Shown here one piece after another: positions 36,958 through 50,399 of a DNA stretch of 64,000 nucleotides. Under the pieces are notes generated by a model. The model was not told the DNA's origin and did not search any database. It saw nothing but the letters and a program-made list of their open reading frames with translations. The stretch lies in NCBI RefSeq assembly GCF_035594765.1, contig NC_085842.1, positions 100,354,782 to 100,418,781 on the forward strand, written 5' to 3'. Position 1 is the stretch's first letter. Each line of letters opens with the position of its first letter. Position numbers and translations under genes: made by a program. The DNA comes from Anolis carolinensis (lineage: Eukaryota).

Positions 36958-38666
36958 AGCTCCTGTGGGAAAATGGTGGGCTGGAGGTCTGCTTCTGGTG
37001 CTAGCGACCGAAACCTGTTGTCCTGGAAATGGGACAATGCATCCGCTACTTCATTGTGAACACCTGGAATATATTGGGCTAAGAAAGTGATGTTAGCTTC
37101 CAAGCAAGTTAGTACAAATTGCCTTACAAGCCTCATGACCCTAGGAGATTTTGATGTTTGTTTGTTGATGACCCTGACTACAGCCTGATTGTCACACCAA
37201 AATCGCACTCTCTTGTTCCTGAAGTGGTCGGTCCAGGTTCGCACGGCCACTAATATGGGAAAAAACTCAAGGAAGGTGAGGTCCCGCAGTATGCTTCCTC
37301 CCACCCAACTGTCCGGCCACCTGGCCGCGCACCAGTGCCCCTGAAGAAATACTCCGAAGCCGCTGCTGCCTGCCGCGTCGGAGTGAACCTGGAGTTCAGT
37401 CCCTGGCTCCCATCTTTCTTGCCAAATGGCAATACCATTGAACCTGTCCAAAAATTCCAGCCATACCCTCAGGTCGTCCCGCATTCCTTGCGTGATTCTG
37501 ATACGGTGATGCGGGGCGCTGATCCCTGCGGTGGCCCGCGCCAAACGGGCACAGAAAGGCCTCCCCGGTGACACCACTTTGCAGGCAAAGTTGAGGTGCC
37601 CTAAAATGGCCTGTAATTCTTTGAGCGTGACCTTTTTCTTGCTGATGGCCTCGCACACTAGTCCTTTTAGCTTGGACAGTTTGTCCTCAGGCAGGCGGGA
37701 TACGCCCAGAATGGAATCTAATTGTATACCTAAGTAGGTGATGCTGGTTGAGGGGCCCTCGGTCTTTTCTTTTGCTAATGGTATGCCAAAAACCATGGCC
37801 ATAGCCCTGAAAGTCCGGAGAAGGTGTGCGCATTCGTCACTGTCCCTGACGCCCACAAAAAGAAAATCATCAAGGTAGTGAGTAATAAACTTGGAACGAG
37901 CAAAAGTACGTGCCACCCATTCCAAAAAGGAACTGAAGGTTTCAAAGGCAGCACAGCTGACTGCGCAGCCCATGGGCATTGCTTTGTCAAAATACCATTT
38001 CTCATTAAATTTGAATCCCAGCAAATTGAAGTCCGCTGGGTTGACGGGGAGCAGCCGGAATGCGGACTGAATGTCGCATTTTGCCATGAGGGCGTGTGGA
38101 CCTTTCTCATGTACTAAGTTGACAGCTTGGTCAAATGAGGCGTATTTGACTGAACAGAGCTCGGGGGGGATGGCATCGTTGACAGATGAACCTTTTGGGT
38201 AAGACAGATGATGGATGAGGCGGTATTCGCCAGGCGCCTTCTTGGGCACCACCCCTAGCGGGGAAACTCGAAAGTTCTCGAGAGGTTGAGCCTGGAAAGG
38301 TCCTGCGATCCTGCCTGCCTCTAATTCCTTGGCAATTTTGTTGCTAAGGACCTCAGGCATTTGCGCTGCCGATTTTAAGTTGCCTGAGGTGAATGCGGTT
38401 CTGGGACCTTGTGCCGGTATGCGGAAGCCGCGGGAGAAACCCTCACGTAAAAATGATGCTGCAGCCTTTAAGGGATACGCCTTCAGCCATGGCTGCATGG
38501 CAGTGAGGCGCACTGGGGTGAAAGCCAGTGTCCCAATAGAGTCGCGGGGGTTACTTGGAGCGAGCGGAGCTGCTCCCATTGGATGCTCCACCTTCTTTTT
38601 TGAAACCGGGCTGGGCACCAGCCAGGCCTGATCGAAAGGGCTGCCCGTTGCTGCCGAACTTCCCAC
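36921..38666 (-). CDS. Reverse transcriptase-RNase H of the YR retrotransposon (intact ORF)
   Basis: SPLGVVPKK, YRLIHHLS, KCDIQSAFR, MPMG, HYLDDF, YLGI; RNaseH HSDAA, LEF, CDNQ, NEVADALS. Confidence 0.93.
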   Translation of the reverse strand: MGSSAATGSPFDQAWLVPSPVSKKKVEHPMGAAPLAPSNPRDSIGTLAFTPVRLTAMQPWLKAYPLKAAASFLREGFSRGFRIPAQGPRTAFTSGNLKSAAQMPEVLSNKIAKELEAGRIAGPFQAQPLENFRVSPLGVVPKKAPGEYRLIHHLSYPKGSSVNDAIPPELCSVKYASFDQAVNLVHEKGPHALMAKCDIQSAFRLLPVNPADFNLLGFKFNEKWYFDKAMPMGCAVSCAAFETFSSFLEWVARTFARSKFITHYLDDFLFVGVRDSDECAHLLRTFRAMAMVFGIPLAKEKTEGPSTSITYLGIQLDSILGVSRLPEDKLSKLKGLVCEAISKKKVTLKELQAILGHLNFACKVVSPGRPFCARLARATAGISAPHHRIRITQGMRDDLRVWLEFLDRFNGIAIWQERWEPGTELQVHSDAAGSSGFGVFLQGHWCAARWPDSWVGGSILRDLTFLEFFPILVAVRTWTDHFRNKRVRFWCDNQAVVRVINKQTSKSPRVMRLVRQFVLTCLEANITFLAQYIPGVHNEVADALSHFQDNRFRSLAPEADLQPTIFPQELWTLGEEKPGQN

Positions 38667-39758
38667 AACTCATCTTGGTGTGGTTTCCTGAGCAGTATTC
38701 ACAAACATGGTCGAAGCGGCAGCATGCCCGTTGGCATTTTCCTAGGTTGAACTCCCAGCACACCGCCCGCCTGCTGTCCTTTCTGCCCCAGCTGCGGTCT
38801 GACCTGCCCGCATCTGACTTGCTTTTTATGCTGGGGCCGACTTCGGTGAGCCATATATCAAGGTATTCGGTGAGCCATATATACCAAGGTATTCGGAAAA
38901 ACCGGCCATCCAGTTAACAAAGTTCTGTTCCACCGGTCTATCCTTCTCCCCTTTTTTGCGCCTGCCTCTTTGGTGGGGTTCCCTACCTTCCTCCCCTTCT
39001 GGTTTTATAAGTGAAAAAACGTCCACGTAATAGCCTTTTAGTATCTTGCTGATGATGCGGGGAGACAGGTGAGTGCCAGGTGGATCTTCATTGTCCTGAA
39101 AGGGGGCAGGTAGCGCCGGAGCAGGAGCCTTGCGCTTGCCCCAAGCGCCACATGGGGCTCCCAACGCTGCCGCTGTCTCAGTTCTGTCCCTGATGGCCCA
39201 TTCAGGGAGTCCCGGCACAAGGGCTGCTGTCCTCCAATAGTTATCTCTGTCAACTAGGTCAGCACGGGCATACTCACTCTCCGTGGAGTCGCTGTCTGTA
39301 GTGGTCTGGCAACAGCACCTTGAAGACCTGCGCGACTTCTTGCGAGTGCTGCCGCCACTCCGTTCGGTCCGCTCGGTAGCTGCTATGGAGTCATCGCCGC
39401 TGGATGCCGGACTAATCGAGGGTGTTCTGGAAACGTCCTTGTCTCTCGTGCGTCTCCTGCCCCTCGATGCGTCCCTTTGCGAGGATGCTGATGCCCTCTC
39501 GGACCTTTGGTAAACTCTCGACTCAAGTTTACCCATTCTATCTACCAGGCGGGCGAGATTCTGGGATATCCAATCCAGCGCACCCCCATCCTGCTTACCA
39601 GCGCGTTTGGGAGCCGCCTTGCGCGTGGGCGCCTTACTAGGTGTTTTTCTTCTAGCCTCCCGCTCGGCTGTTGCTTTGCCCCTGGGCGGCCTCGTTGTTC
39701 TAGCCGGTAACTCCTTTTCAATTCCTGCTGCCGCCCTGGTGATCTTTTTAGGCGCCAT
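38551..39758 (-). pseudogene. Gag-like ORF1 of the YR retrotransposon (internal deletion and frameshift near 38870)
   Basis: Arg/Ser-rich N-terminus and HLSPRIISKILKGYYVDVFSL...FVNWMAGF; then, in another frame, DIWLTEV...CWEFNLGKCQRACCRFDHVCEYCSGNHTKMSC (CCCH plus CCHC-like fingers). Confidence 0.8.
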
Positions 39759-41536
39759 TGCCCTTCCCCTTTATTCAACCTCCGAATGGCTGCTGTTGAG
39801 CCATTGGCCATTGGCCAGCGGGTGCTGGCGGCGGGAAACATTCCCGCCGCGCCGAGGGGGCTTCTGGGAACAAGAAGCCCCCCCAGCCCGCCGCCATGAT
39901 GGGAGGGAGGGAGCGCCCTTCCCAGCAATCTGCACGGCCCGGTGAGTCGGGCCCTGCCCTTTACCGTGAACTGTGCCATTCTATAATTCTTCCTATAGCA
40001 AATTTTAGTAGGCTTATATACATTTGGAAGTGAATAGGTGTCACTGAAGACTAAGGATGCTTTCTGTGTTACGCAGGGGCACCCATAAAGAGTCCAACAT
40101 TACATTAAAAAAAGCTTTATATATTTTAAAAATGCCCCAGCACATACATTTGAATTCCCGTTTTGAAAGCACTGAGAACACAAAGGGCTGTAGAGCTGGA
40201 AATACTAAAGCCTGTTGGTTTTGTTGAGAAAGGGAATGGCAGCATTGTATCCTAACTGACGGGATTATAGCATGTCTTCCATAGTTAGGCTGGTAACTTA
40301 TTCTTCAAATGTTTTTGCTGCCACCTTGCCCAAATGCAGAACTTGCAATAGGTACTTAAACCCTTCTATGTGGGTGTGTTTGGGAACTTTCCCTCTTTGC
40401 TAAATTTCAGGAAAGCTAAAACCGCTCTGCTAAAAAAACATGGTTACAAACTTATCTAAGGAATCCAATAAAAACCTAATAAGCTTGAGTTTCCTGGCAG
40501 AGTGCAGAATTTTGGCAAACTCAGGCCATATTCCTCTGTTCTATGATGACCTGAGATTTGAAATTCAATTGAAGACTAGTTTGTTCCCTGGCACTTGGGA
40601 AGTTTCAAAGTCATGTTTTCTTTCCTTTCTTATAATTATCAGTGACCTAAATCCAGATGTTCTCTCATTCCTGCTCTTTTTCCAGTGGTTGACAGCAGTT
40701 TGAGCTTATTTTCTTTCTGGTTCACAATCACCAGCACCAGGCCACAGCCTCAGAAAAATTAAGACTTTGAAGCCTATAGCAATTTTCCTGTTTGCCTTGA
40801 CTGACACTTCATAGTATAAAGTACATTCTTATAGAAGGAAAAGTTAATTCTGAGTTAAGAAGAAAAATCAAAAGGCAAGGACTGAATTCATTTGAATTGA
40901 AAACTCAGTTCACTGGAATTCACATCTTTTATGCAGAGCAGTATTCACTCCTCTCTGCCTCTCAATCATTTCTTTTACATAATACCGTAAGGACCACTTG
41001 TCAATAAAAATCTTGAAAAAGTTCAACAGCTCAGACTCCGCCAAGTTCTGGCACTTATGATTATACATTATAATCATAATTGTTGTTTTGTCCTTTCAGG
41101 ACATTTCAATTATGGTGACCTTAGACCAAAATTTAATGGGAAAGAATTGTTCAGAGGGGAATTCAGACCCTCCTGTCCAGAGTCATAGTCTAAGGAATTT
41201 ATCAGACATAGGGAGAGGAGTGTCTTCTCCCCACTGCTGGAACTGAGTCTCATGAAGCCCATCACATGAGGCAGGGCTATTTCTGGTGGGATTTTGTGGG
41301 GCTCTGTTGTGGAAGTGTTGCGGCAGCAGAGAGCCCAGAAGAATCAGGTGTTTATCCAACTCCTCACTGAAGAAGAGAAAAGGAGGTGAAGAGGAAGTGA
41401 CAGGAGGGAACAGAGCCTGATGGGTCCCTCTGCTGTCCAATTCTTTCCATCACTGTCCTCCTGTTTACCCATGCCTGTCTGAGAAGGTCCTAATACACAA
41501 ACCACTACACCGCACTGATGCATAGTAATCAATATA

Positions 41537-41786
41537 CAGTCAGTCCCGGACATTCGCTGGGGTTAGGGGCACAGGATACCCATGGAGTAGGAAACAAACA
41601 AATTAAAAATAGTCTTGTTTTTACATGAGAGAACACCTCAGCAGGAATCTCTTAAATCTGACAGCTCAGCTCTGTGGTCAACATCCAGGCATGTAGGACC
41701 TAGACATTTTTAAAGAGACCATATTAGTCACATTGTGAATAATAAAGTCTACAAAAGTTAAGACCACAAATGTGGAGGGCTAACTA
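41537..41786. mobile_element. Tc1/mariner-type MITE, old
   Basis: ta|cagtcagtccc...gagggctaacta|ta. Confidence 0.5.
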
Positions 41787-43294
41787 TATACATGTGTATA
41801 TGTATGTTCATTTGTTTCCCCAAATCTCTATCCCTTCTGATATGGGAAACAGAAGTCTGATGTGCTGATTTTATACTCTATGTTGATTTTATACTTTGGA
41901 GTAATCATTTCATTCATCCCTTCTCTTAAATCTTGGTTAGATACCACAGCTTCAGAGCTGCTGGATGAATTAGTTTAGACTAGTGTTTGTATACTAAATC
42001 ATTAAAAGAAGGAAGAATGTAGAATGATTGGCAGTTTCAATAAAAACTCCACCTGCCTTCCATGTTCCCTAAGTCTTTTCCATGTTGTGCAGGGCAATCG
42101 CAATAAATTCTGTAGAGCCTGTGTGCTTTCTGGACCGTAGTAGCCAGAAAGGCTTTATTGATTGGAGCCCTTTCATTGCTTCTTTGGTTGCAGGACATAA
42201 TAAAAAAGATATTGGCCAGTTGGCAGATATTGTTTTCTATGCCTTGTTTAAAAAGCATTGTGCTCCAGCACAGATTCAGCATTTGAAAGAAGCTTACATT
42301 CAACATGAAAGGGTAAAGCTGAGTTGTGAGTTTGGTTTCAGTGATTGTTCAATTTAGTATCTATACATTAATATAATGTTGTTTCTTTAAAAAAAAAAAG
42401 GTTGTTGTCTTGTAAACACTAGCCAATCATCTTTGAAATGCCATGCTATATATTATACAAAACTTTTCAGATGGAATCAGTTTACTGGCACTGAACACTA
42501 TAGACAAATATCTTTCTTTTGGATGATGATGATGACGATTGGTATAAAGGTACATTCAGTTGTGGGATTTTTAAGCTACAGCGTAAAGTTATATTTCCAG
42601 AACACCTCCTCCTTATCTCCTCAGTGAAGTCACAGAAAGGGGTGTGAAATTTGTGGTGCATGCTAAGACTCTTTATCCGAACTTGCTCTGAACCTTCTTT
42701 TATTTATCCAGGTGGCGTATGGTCAGATGTAATACTACATCTTTTTCCACTCACATTTTTCTCCCTTCTTTGTATGTTTCTAGAGTGCATGTTCCACATA
42801 TCATTCAAGTATTAAGACATTGCTCACCCCTCTCTTGTTTCCACAACACACTCACATATTATGTACAGTACTGTGTTATGAAAGCCTCACTTCTCAGCTG
42901 TTGCCCTGAGGTCCAGATCAATGTCACACCCACACACCATATGAGAACAAAGCCATATTTATTTTCATTTGGCTTCCAAGCTTTCCTGGTTTGTTTGAAT
43001 TTCATTAGTACTTTGAATGAAAGGTTTTGACAATATTTGAGCTTAAAATTGTCCCCATATCAACTCTTTGTTTCAATCATAGGTTTGTGTCAATCATATA
43101 TTTCAGTCATGCATTTTCTTCAGATGTGAGATGCCCTCCTCCTCTTTTTTCTAACAGTCAAGTTCTCTGAAAAGTATTAAGTAGGGACTGTAACTGTCTT
43201 CACAGTGTCGCACGTGGTGGGCATACACCTAGGACTTATATGCCACTTGTCACACACTGACATAGGTCCATCACTTATTTCCATGTTTAGAAAC

Positions 43295-43600
43295 ATTTAT
43301 TTATTTATTTACTTTATTTATATCCTGCCCTTCTCACCCCGAAGAGGACTCAGCGTGGCTTACAAATCATATGTACATACAATATATTATTAGCATAGCA
43401 CAATATTAGCATTAAATTACTATATTGTACTATATCGCTATACTGTAATATTATTAGTAATATTACATGTAATATATAATATATAATAAATATTATTATA
43501 TTGTATTATTATTAGTAGAATATTGTATTACATTATATTATCAATATTATATATATATACAATATATTATTTTTATATTATTGTATTTTTTAAATATAAT
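43295..43600. repeat. SINE 3' fragment followed by an AT-rich low-complexity tract
   Basis: (ttta)n plus ccttctcaccccgaagaggactcag, as in the 8785 SINE, then tat/aat-rich repeats. Confidence 0.7.
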
Positions 43601-43931
43601 TTTTATTGAAGTTTTCAAGTAGGTTACATAAAAGGGGCAGGATACGATCCTTATAAAAAAGGAAAGGGATAACAAGGAAAGGGAAGTAACTATGGGAATA
43701 CTAAGGTTACATGACTCGCCTGTCCTTACTTCATGAGATTTAGAGCTCCAACCACCAAAACACATATGATCTAATCTTGGGTAAAATATTTACAATTGAT
43801 TTTGTGATGTATAGCGAGGGGTGAAACATTATATGTCGAGAAACACCTGTCATTCCAGCATTCTACACCACATTTGGTGAGACCTACATCATTTTCAGAG
43901 TTTTGTAGAAGTTGGGAGGGAGATATAATTA

Positions 43932-44156
43932 CAGGCAGTCCCCAAGCTACGTGCAAGATAGGTTCTGTGGGTTTGTTCTTAAGCTGAATTTGTATGTAAA
44001 TTGGAATATTTCTTAAGTGTAACGCCAGCCATATATATTGTATAGCACCTTTTAAACTTGCCTAGTGTTGAGTGTTAGCTGCCTTGAGTCCCCACAGGGA
44101 GAAAGGTGAGCTATAAATAAAGAATATATAAATTTTTGTAACTTGGGGACTGCCTG
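43932..44156. mobile_element. Tigger-like MITE
   Basis: TA|caggcagtccccaag...cttggggactgcctg|TA, clear TIRs. Confidence 0.85.
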
Positions 44157-46689
44157 TACTATTTTATCAGTGCATCACCATGTTCTTTTTAGATGACTGT
44201 ATTATATTCCAGTTTTGTACAATATTTTGTAAAATCCTGCTGCCACAATATGAATTAAACCATCTGTATTTAATTATTCTGTCCCACGTCTCTGATAGCT
44301 GGGCTCAAGTACAGCTAAAATAGATGAGTTTTAAGGGATATTTCTCAAATTAAAACTCATAAATGCATATGTATATTAACGTCCAAAAGATCATATCTTA
44401 TCTTGGAAGCTAAGTAGGGTCAGCCATAATTAGTACCCTATGAAATTCATGGGGTTGCAATACGTTGACAGGCAGTTTGATGGCATCCCCTGTTTTGTTT
44501 ACTTTCAAGAACATTAGTTGACATCCATCCTGCTAAAATACTTTATACCCATACCCATACATATACATACACATATTATTTATAAATCAAAGGACTGGTG
44601 TGTTGTATTTACCAATAATTCCAGTCTTGACCAGAGTCTTGGCATTTAATCTTCCTCAAATTGCAAATGAGATTGTTAGAGGTGTCAGTCACAGTGCCAA
44701 AGACCCCTCTACTACATTCATTAAATGTGCTAATTCTCTGTAATTTAATAATGCTTAGTTGGAGAACAAACTGAACATCAAAGTATCTCCTTGCAAGGGG
44801 TAGTGAAAATATTCTTAGACATTATGGAGATGGTTTGGAAAATTGTTTACAACCAAATATTGGTCAGAAAATAGACTAAAAATGGAAATGAATTCCTAAA
44901 TTGTTTAAAATAAGATTTAAAACAGAGGAATCCTTTATATTGTTAATCAGGTTTCAAGTCATCTGAGTGGAATTGTATTGATGCTCTATGCTAGTAATTG
45001 CCTTGTTTGCGGACTCATGTAGTGGTGAAAAAGGAAGGCAGACAAAACTTTGCTGCCATCCTACCATCACCTCCTGTGCCAGCATAGTTATGCCAGTGTA
45101 GAGCATCAACAGGGTTTTGAACTCTATATTTTTTTGCTTTAACGAATATGGAGAATAATTCACACCTGTGTACAATAATTTTTGCAAATTGTCGTGAGAT
45201 TCTAAATAGCATACATAATTAATTTAGTGAAAAAATGAGTTTACAACTCTAGTGTCACGTAATTGCTTTTAACTGGAGACAACCAGTTATGTCATTGCTT
45301 CAGAAGAGTGAATCCACCATTGGGGTTTACAGGTGATAGTAAGGGTTTTATAAGAGCTTTCCAAGGTGCTGAAATCAGCACCCTTGATATCTCCCATGTA
45401 CTGTGGAGTGGCTTCCATAGGACCCAGAGTAGATCCATCATCCTAAAGTAACAGAGCCACTGACTGCATCTGTTTCTTACCAAAGATTTGCTCTCATTTA
45501 AATTTAAATCTTCCTTCAAATAAAACATTTCAGCCTTAAAATAACTGGAGAATGAGAAGTATTTTTTAAAGAATACTTTTTTGGAGTCACTTTCTGCTAA
45601 TGGGATCCTGAGGATAGTACTAATATTACTGTATATTGATACAGTAATATTACTGTATTTGCCATTATATACCCATCAGCCTCTACCTGCATTGATAATG
45701 AAGATGGACAGTGAGTGTAGAAATTAATTAGCATTTGAAGGGCTGCAAAAACGTGATCTCTGCCTTAAAATATTGGCTTGAAGGCAGGGATACAAAGATG
45801 TTGGAGTGCAAGTAGCAATGGGACTAGAAGCAATTCAAACATGCAGGCAAGAAATGACAAGTCCCATGTCTCCAGTGGCCATTACCACTTTCTCCTTCTT
45901 TCAGTGGCACTCCATATGTTGACAACTGTTATACCTCAGCTTCTGTGGTTGGAACATTCAGACAGAGATGAGGAGGTAGATTGCCAGGAATCTGAAGATA
46001 TTGGTGGCAATTGTCCCCTTTGATCTTTGAACTTGGAGAGACCTATGCCACCAATATCTGCTAAGGCAGAGGGAGCCCTTCTCCCTAGCAAGAGATTGAA
46101 GACCCATTATCATCATTCTTCAAGCAACAAAATTATAAGGAATCATTACACCAGTTCCAGCAGTTGTTACATATATTACATTGACCTAATTAAGAACCCA
46201 GTGTTTTGAGATAGCTGCTCATAAATTCCTAGCCACTATCCAGCAGCTTTGTTGATCTCAACCATCTTTGTCTGATGACTGGCCCTAATCTTCAGCATTT
46301 TTGTTTTTCCTGATCTTGGGCTGGTTTCAATTAATAACACTGTTTCCTCCTTGTTGGTTTGACTTATGTGGACTCGTGATTTATTATCATGACTCTTGGA
46401 CTGGCCGATCTTCTTTTGCCCTTCATCTTGTTGGATAACCTGTGGCTAACCTGGACTGAATGAACTACTTAGCAGCTCTTGCAAACAAACCGGTGACCAC
46501 CTGGTTCCTGGGTCACTTTCTGACTGGAGCATAGAGCAATGACAAGGGGGCATGCCACCAAGGACTTCTCTTCTCCTTTCCATAAAAGACAGGAACTACA
46601 TAAACACAAACCTCTCAGTGGGCATGAAAGAGAGTCTTACAGGCATTTTGTTGGAATTTTCTTAAGCAAGTAACTATCCCATCAGCAAA

Positions 46690-48284
46690 ACAGAACAAAG
46701 GGGAGAGGAAGGGGAGTAGCCCTATATGTCAAAAACATTTACAAGACGGCAATCCGGGAAACCAGCTTGAAAGCATCTGGATAAGAATCAAGAGAAATGG
46801 GACTCAAAAAGATCTCATTGTGGGTGTCTACTACAGACCTCCGAACTAGGATGAAGAACTTGATGAAGCCTTCTGTCAGCAGCTGACCAAACAGGCACAA
46901 AGAAGAGATATAGTAGTCATGGGCAATTTCAACTATCCTGATATCTGGTGGAAAACAAACTCGGCCAAGAGTACAAAGTCAAACAAATTCCTCGCTTGCC
47001 TTGCAGACAGTTTTATGGACCAGAAGGTAGAAGGGGCAACAAGGGGATTGGCTACTTTTGATCTCATCCTAACAAACGCAGAGGGCCAGATCAATGCAGT
47101 TGAAATGGTCGGATCCTTAGGGTCAAGCGACCATGTGCTCCTGCAGTTTGATATACAAAGGAAGGTCAAAACAAAGACAAGTCAAACCCGCATTCTGGAC
47201 TTCAGGGGAGCTGACTTCCAAAAAATGAAGGAAATACTGAGCGGCATTCCATGGACGCCAATACTAAAAGACAAGGGAGTTAAGGATGGATGGGAGTTTT
47301 TCAAAAGTGAAATACTCAAGGCACAAATGCAAACAGTGCCAACAAAGAATAAAAATAAGACAAGTGCAGAGAAGCCAGAATGGATGTCCAAAGAACTTCT
47401 AACTGGTCTAAGACTCAAAAAAGACATGCACAAGAAGTGGAAAAAGGGATAAATCACCAAAGAAGAATTCAAACGAATAGCTAACTCCTGTAGGTAAAAG
47501 GTTTGCAAAGCTAAAGCACAAAATGAGCTCAGGCTTGCCAGAGACATTAAAAACATAAAAAGGGCTTCTTTGCTTATGTCGGTAGGAAAAGGAAGAACAA
47601 GGAGGCGATAGGGCCTCTGTGAGGAGAAGATGGGGAAATTTTGTCAGGGGATAGGGAAAAGGCAGAACTATTTAATGCCTTCTTTGCCTCAGTCTTCTCA
47701 CAAAAAGAAAGCCAGCCTCAACCTCAGCAACATGGAGTGGATGAAGGATTTGGGGAAATGTGTTGAAAGTATTATAATGTTTGCAAAATTATATAGTTCA
47801 TGTTTAGCCAGTAGGTCTGTACCTTTAACTGGTAGTATGCTTGTATTTTGAGTTTTATCAATCAGATACAGGTGGAGCTATGTTTTTTATTTATATATTC
47901 TCTGCCTTTATTCTCTCTGAGTTTTTTGTTCCTGTATTATGCTTCTGTTACAACAATAAAGTAAGATGACTTTATGCTACAATGTAGCTTCTTATTTGAC
48001 CACATTACTTCGGGGCTTTGTTTCTGCTGCAGCCTTATTATATTTTTCTTTTGATACTCTGCAACCTAAGGTTTTTACCTTTGCTGACAAAATCCAACCC
48101 CAAATAGGGAAACAAGTTGTTCAGGAATACCTGGCCGCTCTAAATGAATTCAAGTCTCCAGGGCCGGATCAGCTACATCCAAGAGTAATAAAGGAATTGG
48201 GGTGCTTCGAATGAGATTTTCTTGCTCCTTGCAGGGGGTTGGACTGGATGGCCCATGAGGTCTCTTCTAACTCTATGATTCTAT
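46690..48284 (+). mobile_element. CR1 LINE, 5'-truncated, with most of the RT deleted
   Basis: Endonuclease VGVYYRPP, MGNFNYPDI, DLILTN, LGSSDH; KSPGPDQLHPRV; then an abrupt jump to the CR1 3'UTR and ctatgattcta tail. Confidence 0.88.
47761..48089 (+). mobile_element. Probable short solo LTR inserted in the CR1
   Basis: TGTTGA...TGACA termini, AATAAA near 47955, imperfect 5-bp TSD aaatg/aaatc; CR1 sequence resumes after it. Confidence 0.6.
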
Positions 48285-50399
48285 AAAAGGCAATAGATGC
48301 AAGAAGTGCTTTCTCCCTTTAGGCACCACTTGGCAAGTGGCAGAGTTACCAGTCTTAAAACATATTCAACCAAGGATAAAATCAAACATAACATCCCTAA
48401 TGCATCCAACTAAATATTCCATGTTTTCCCTGTGTGTTATAGTTGGCAATTTGGTTTTCAGATGTTTATAGGGAAAGTGGAAAGAATCCTTCAGCCAATA
48501 GTAATTTACTGTAATCTGAAAAGTAACATTTTCAAGTTCTGCAAAACAGAACTTCCATCTCAAAGATGTCGCACCATCTTTGATTATGACAATGATTTGT
48601 TCTTCCTGATAGCTATCTTGTCTTCTTGCCTGAACACAAAGTTCACACAAACATCATTACTTATCTTGAGAAGATTCTGGCCTACCAGCTCATTAATTAA
48701 AAAAAAATATGTTCTACTTTTGCAGCATTTTATATTGACCCCAGCAAATTTCACAAGGCCTTGATAGCTGGAAATCTCAGGTTTTCATATGTATCTTCAA
48801 ACGTTCATATTTTGCCCTGATTGGTAACTGAAATTTTGCTTTTACCTCAGTGCTACTTAAATGGTAGTACATGGACCAAGTCTATGAGCCACCAGCTGCC
48901 AATCCCTGGAGAATTTTCAACAGAAGGCACACTAGGGAGAAAAGAAAGTGAGCCTCTAACTTCGGATAGCTTTAGGGGCATGGCTTGATCCAAAATCTCT
49001 GGGCTCTGGAAAGTATACCCCTCCTCCATATTATTGGGTCCTGTTGATGAGTGAGAAAGGAGACCTCTGTGTGTCTCCATGTACTATACTATTCAGATAA
49101 AGGCATGAGGTTCATTTGACAACAGTGTCACCCAAACACGTGTTTCCAGTTATCATTGTAATACAATGTTTTCTGAAACAAAGCTCAATAGTGTAGCATT
49201 TTGGCAATACATAGTGCACAATGTTCAGTTCAAACTTCAGTTTGCTTTCACCTCACAGTACCTCACTTGCAGTTTAATTCAGCCTCCTGGATTTGTTCAA
49301 TTTTCTTATGCATGATATGCAGCATAAGGTTCCAAATGCAACCTGTACTGTGAAAAGAGGATTTATGAATTATGAAGAGGCTTACGTGGCTTAGAGGGAA
49401 ATGCAGTGGGCAAGATAAAAGACAAGTAGAGGGCATTTGGACGCAGAAGAAAAAAGGTGAGGACTAGTGGGCTCAATATCATTGTTCTGTGGGCCAGAAA
49501 AACCCCCATAAAATATGGAGTTAAGCTATACTAATGGTAGTGGAGGTAGAAGGGAAATCTGTACCGGTTGGATGATTTGCAGTAGGTTGGTAAGGATTTA
49601 TGTTCCCCTGTTAATGAACAACCAAAACAACAATGGTGATTTCCTGAAATGCAGAAAGGAAGAAAGCAAAGGGTAATTCCTGAGTTCTGCATACTTTAAT
49701 TCTGAAGTCCTATAGAGGTGTTAGCCTGTTCACATGCAACATAAAAAAACAAGTGATGGATGTGGGCATTTGTGCAGCACTGACCACAATGTTCCTACAT
49801 GCCTGGTTGCCCTTCAGATATTTGTGTGTTGAGTCATCAGGTTTGCAGAGGACTTTGCAGGCCCATTCAGATAAATCCATAGAACTCAGATGAGTCAAAT
49901 ATCTGCATAGGTTTAAGTGTATGCCTTCTGTACCATATTTTCATTCCTCAAATTACAATTAATTTGAGGGATATGAGTTGAAAAGCAATGTAGATTTCAC
50001 TCCAGAAGTCTGGCATGAGCTACTCTGTATTGATAGAAAGCTACACTTCATAGGCTCTGAATATTGGTTGCCACTGAACAACAGGGAGGCCATTTTAGTC
50101 AGAGATGGGCTGAGTAAGGAATGTGAATGCTTTTCGTGGCTACTGCTATTTTCCCCAAGGTGAGCACATTTTGGTTGAGGGGCTTTATAGAAGAAAAGCA
50201 ATTGGGGTACAGAGTAACAGGAAAGGAATAGATTTCAGCACCTTCTCAGTTAAATAATACCACCTGTTTAAAACCTAGATTCAAAAACACAGATCTGTTG
50301 CAATCCAGTGTTATAATGGTTGCCCCTTATCTCTGTTCTCATGGATTAGATTGATTCTGATATACGTTTTAAAAACAGGACAATCTAAGTGTGGAGAAA

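Larger units (their letters stand above)
35335..39971 (-). mobile_element. Tyrosine-recombinase retrotransposon (DIRS order, Ngaro-like), young; ends approximate
   Basis: Overlapping gag-like/zinc-finger, RT-RNaseH and YR ORFs; abrupt rise in GC and CpG relative to the flanks; AATAAA on the - strand at 35422-35427; no methyltransferase domain after RNaseH. Confidence 0.92.

Noticed and set aside
45780-46500. Possible LTR-like sequence
   Set aside because: Could not identify TG..CA termini with a TSD.
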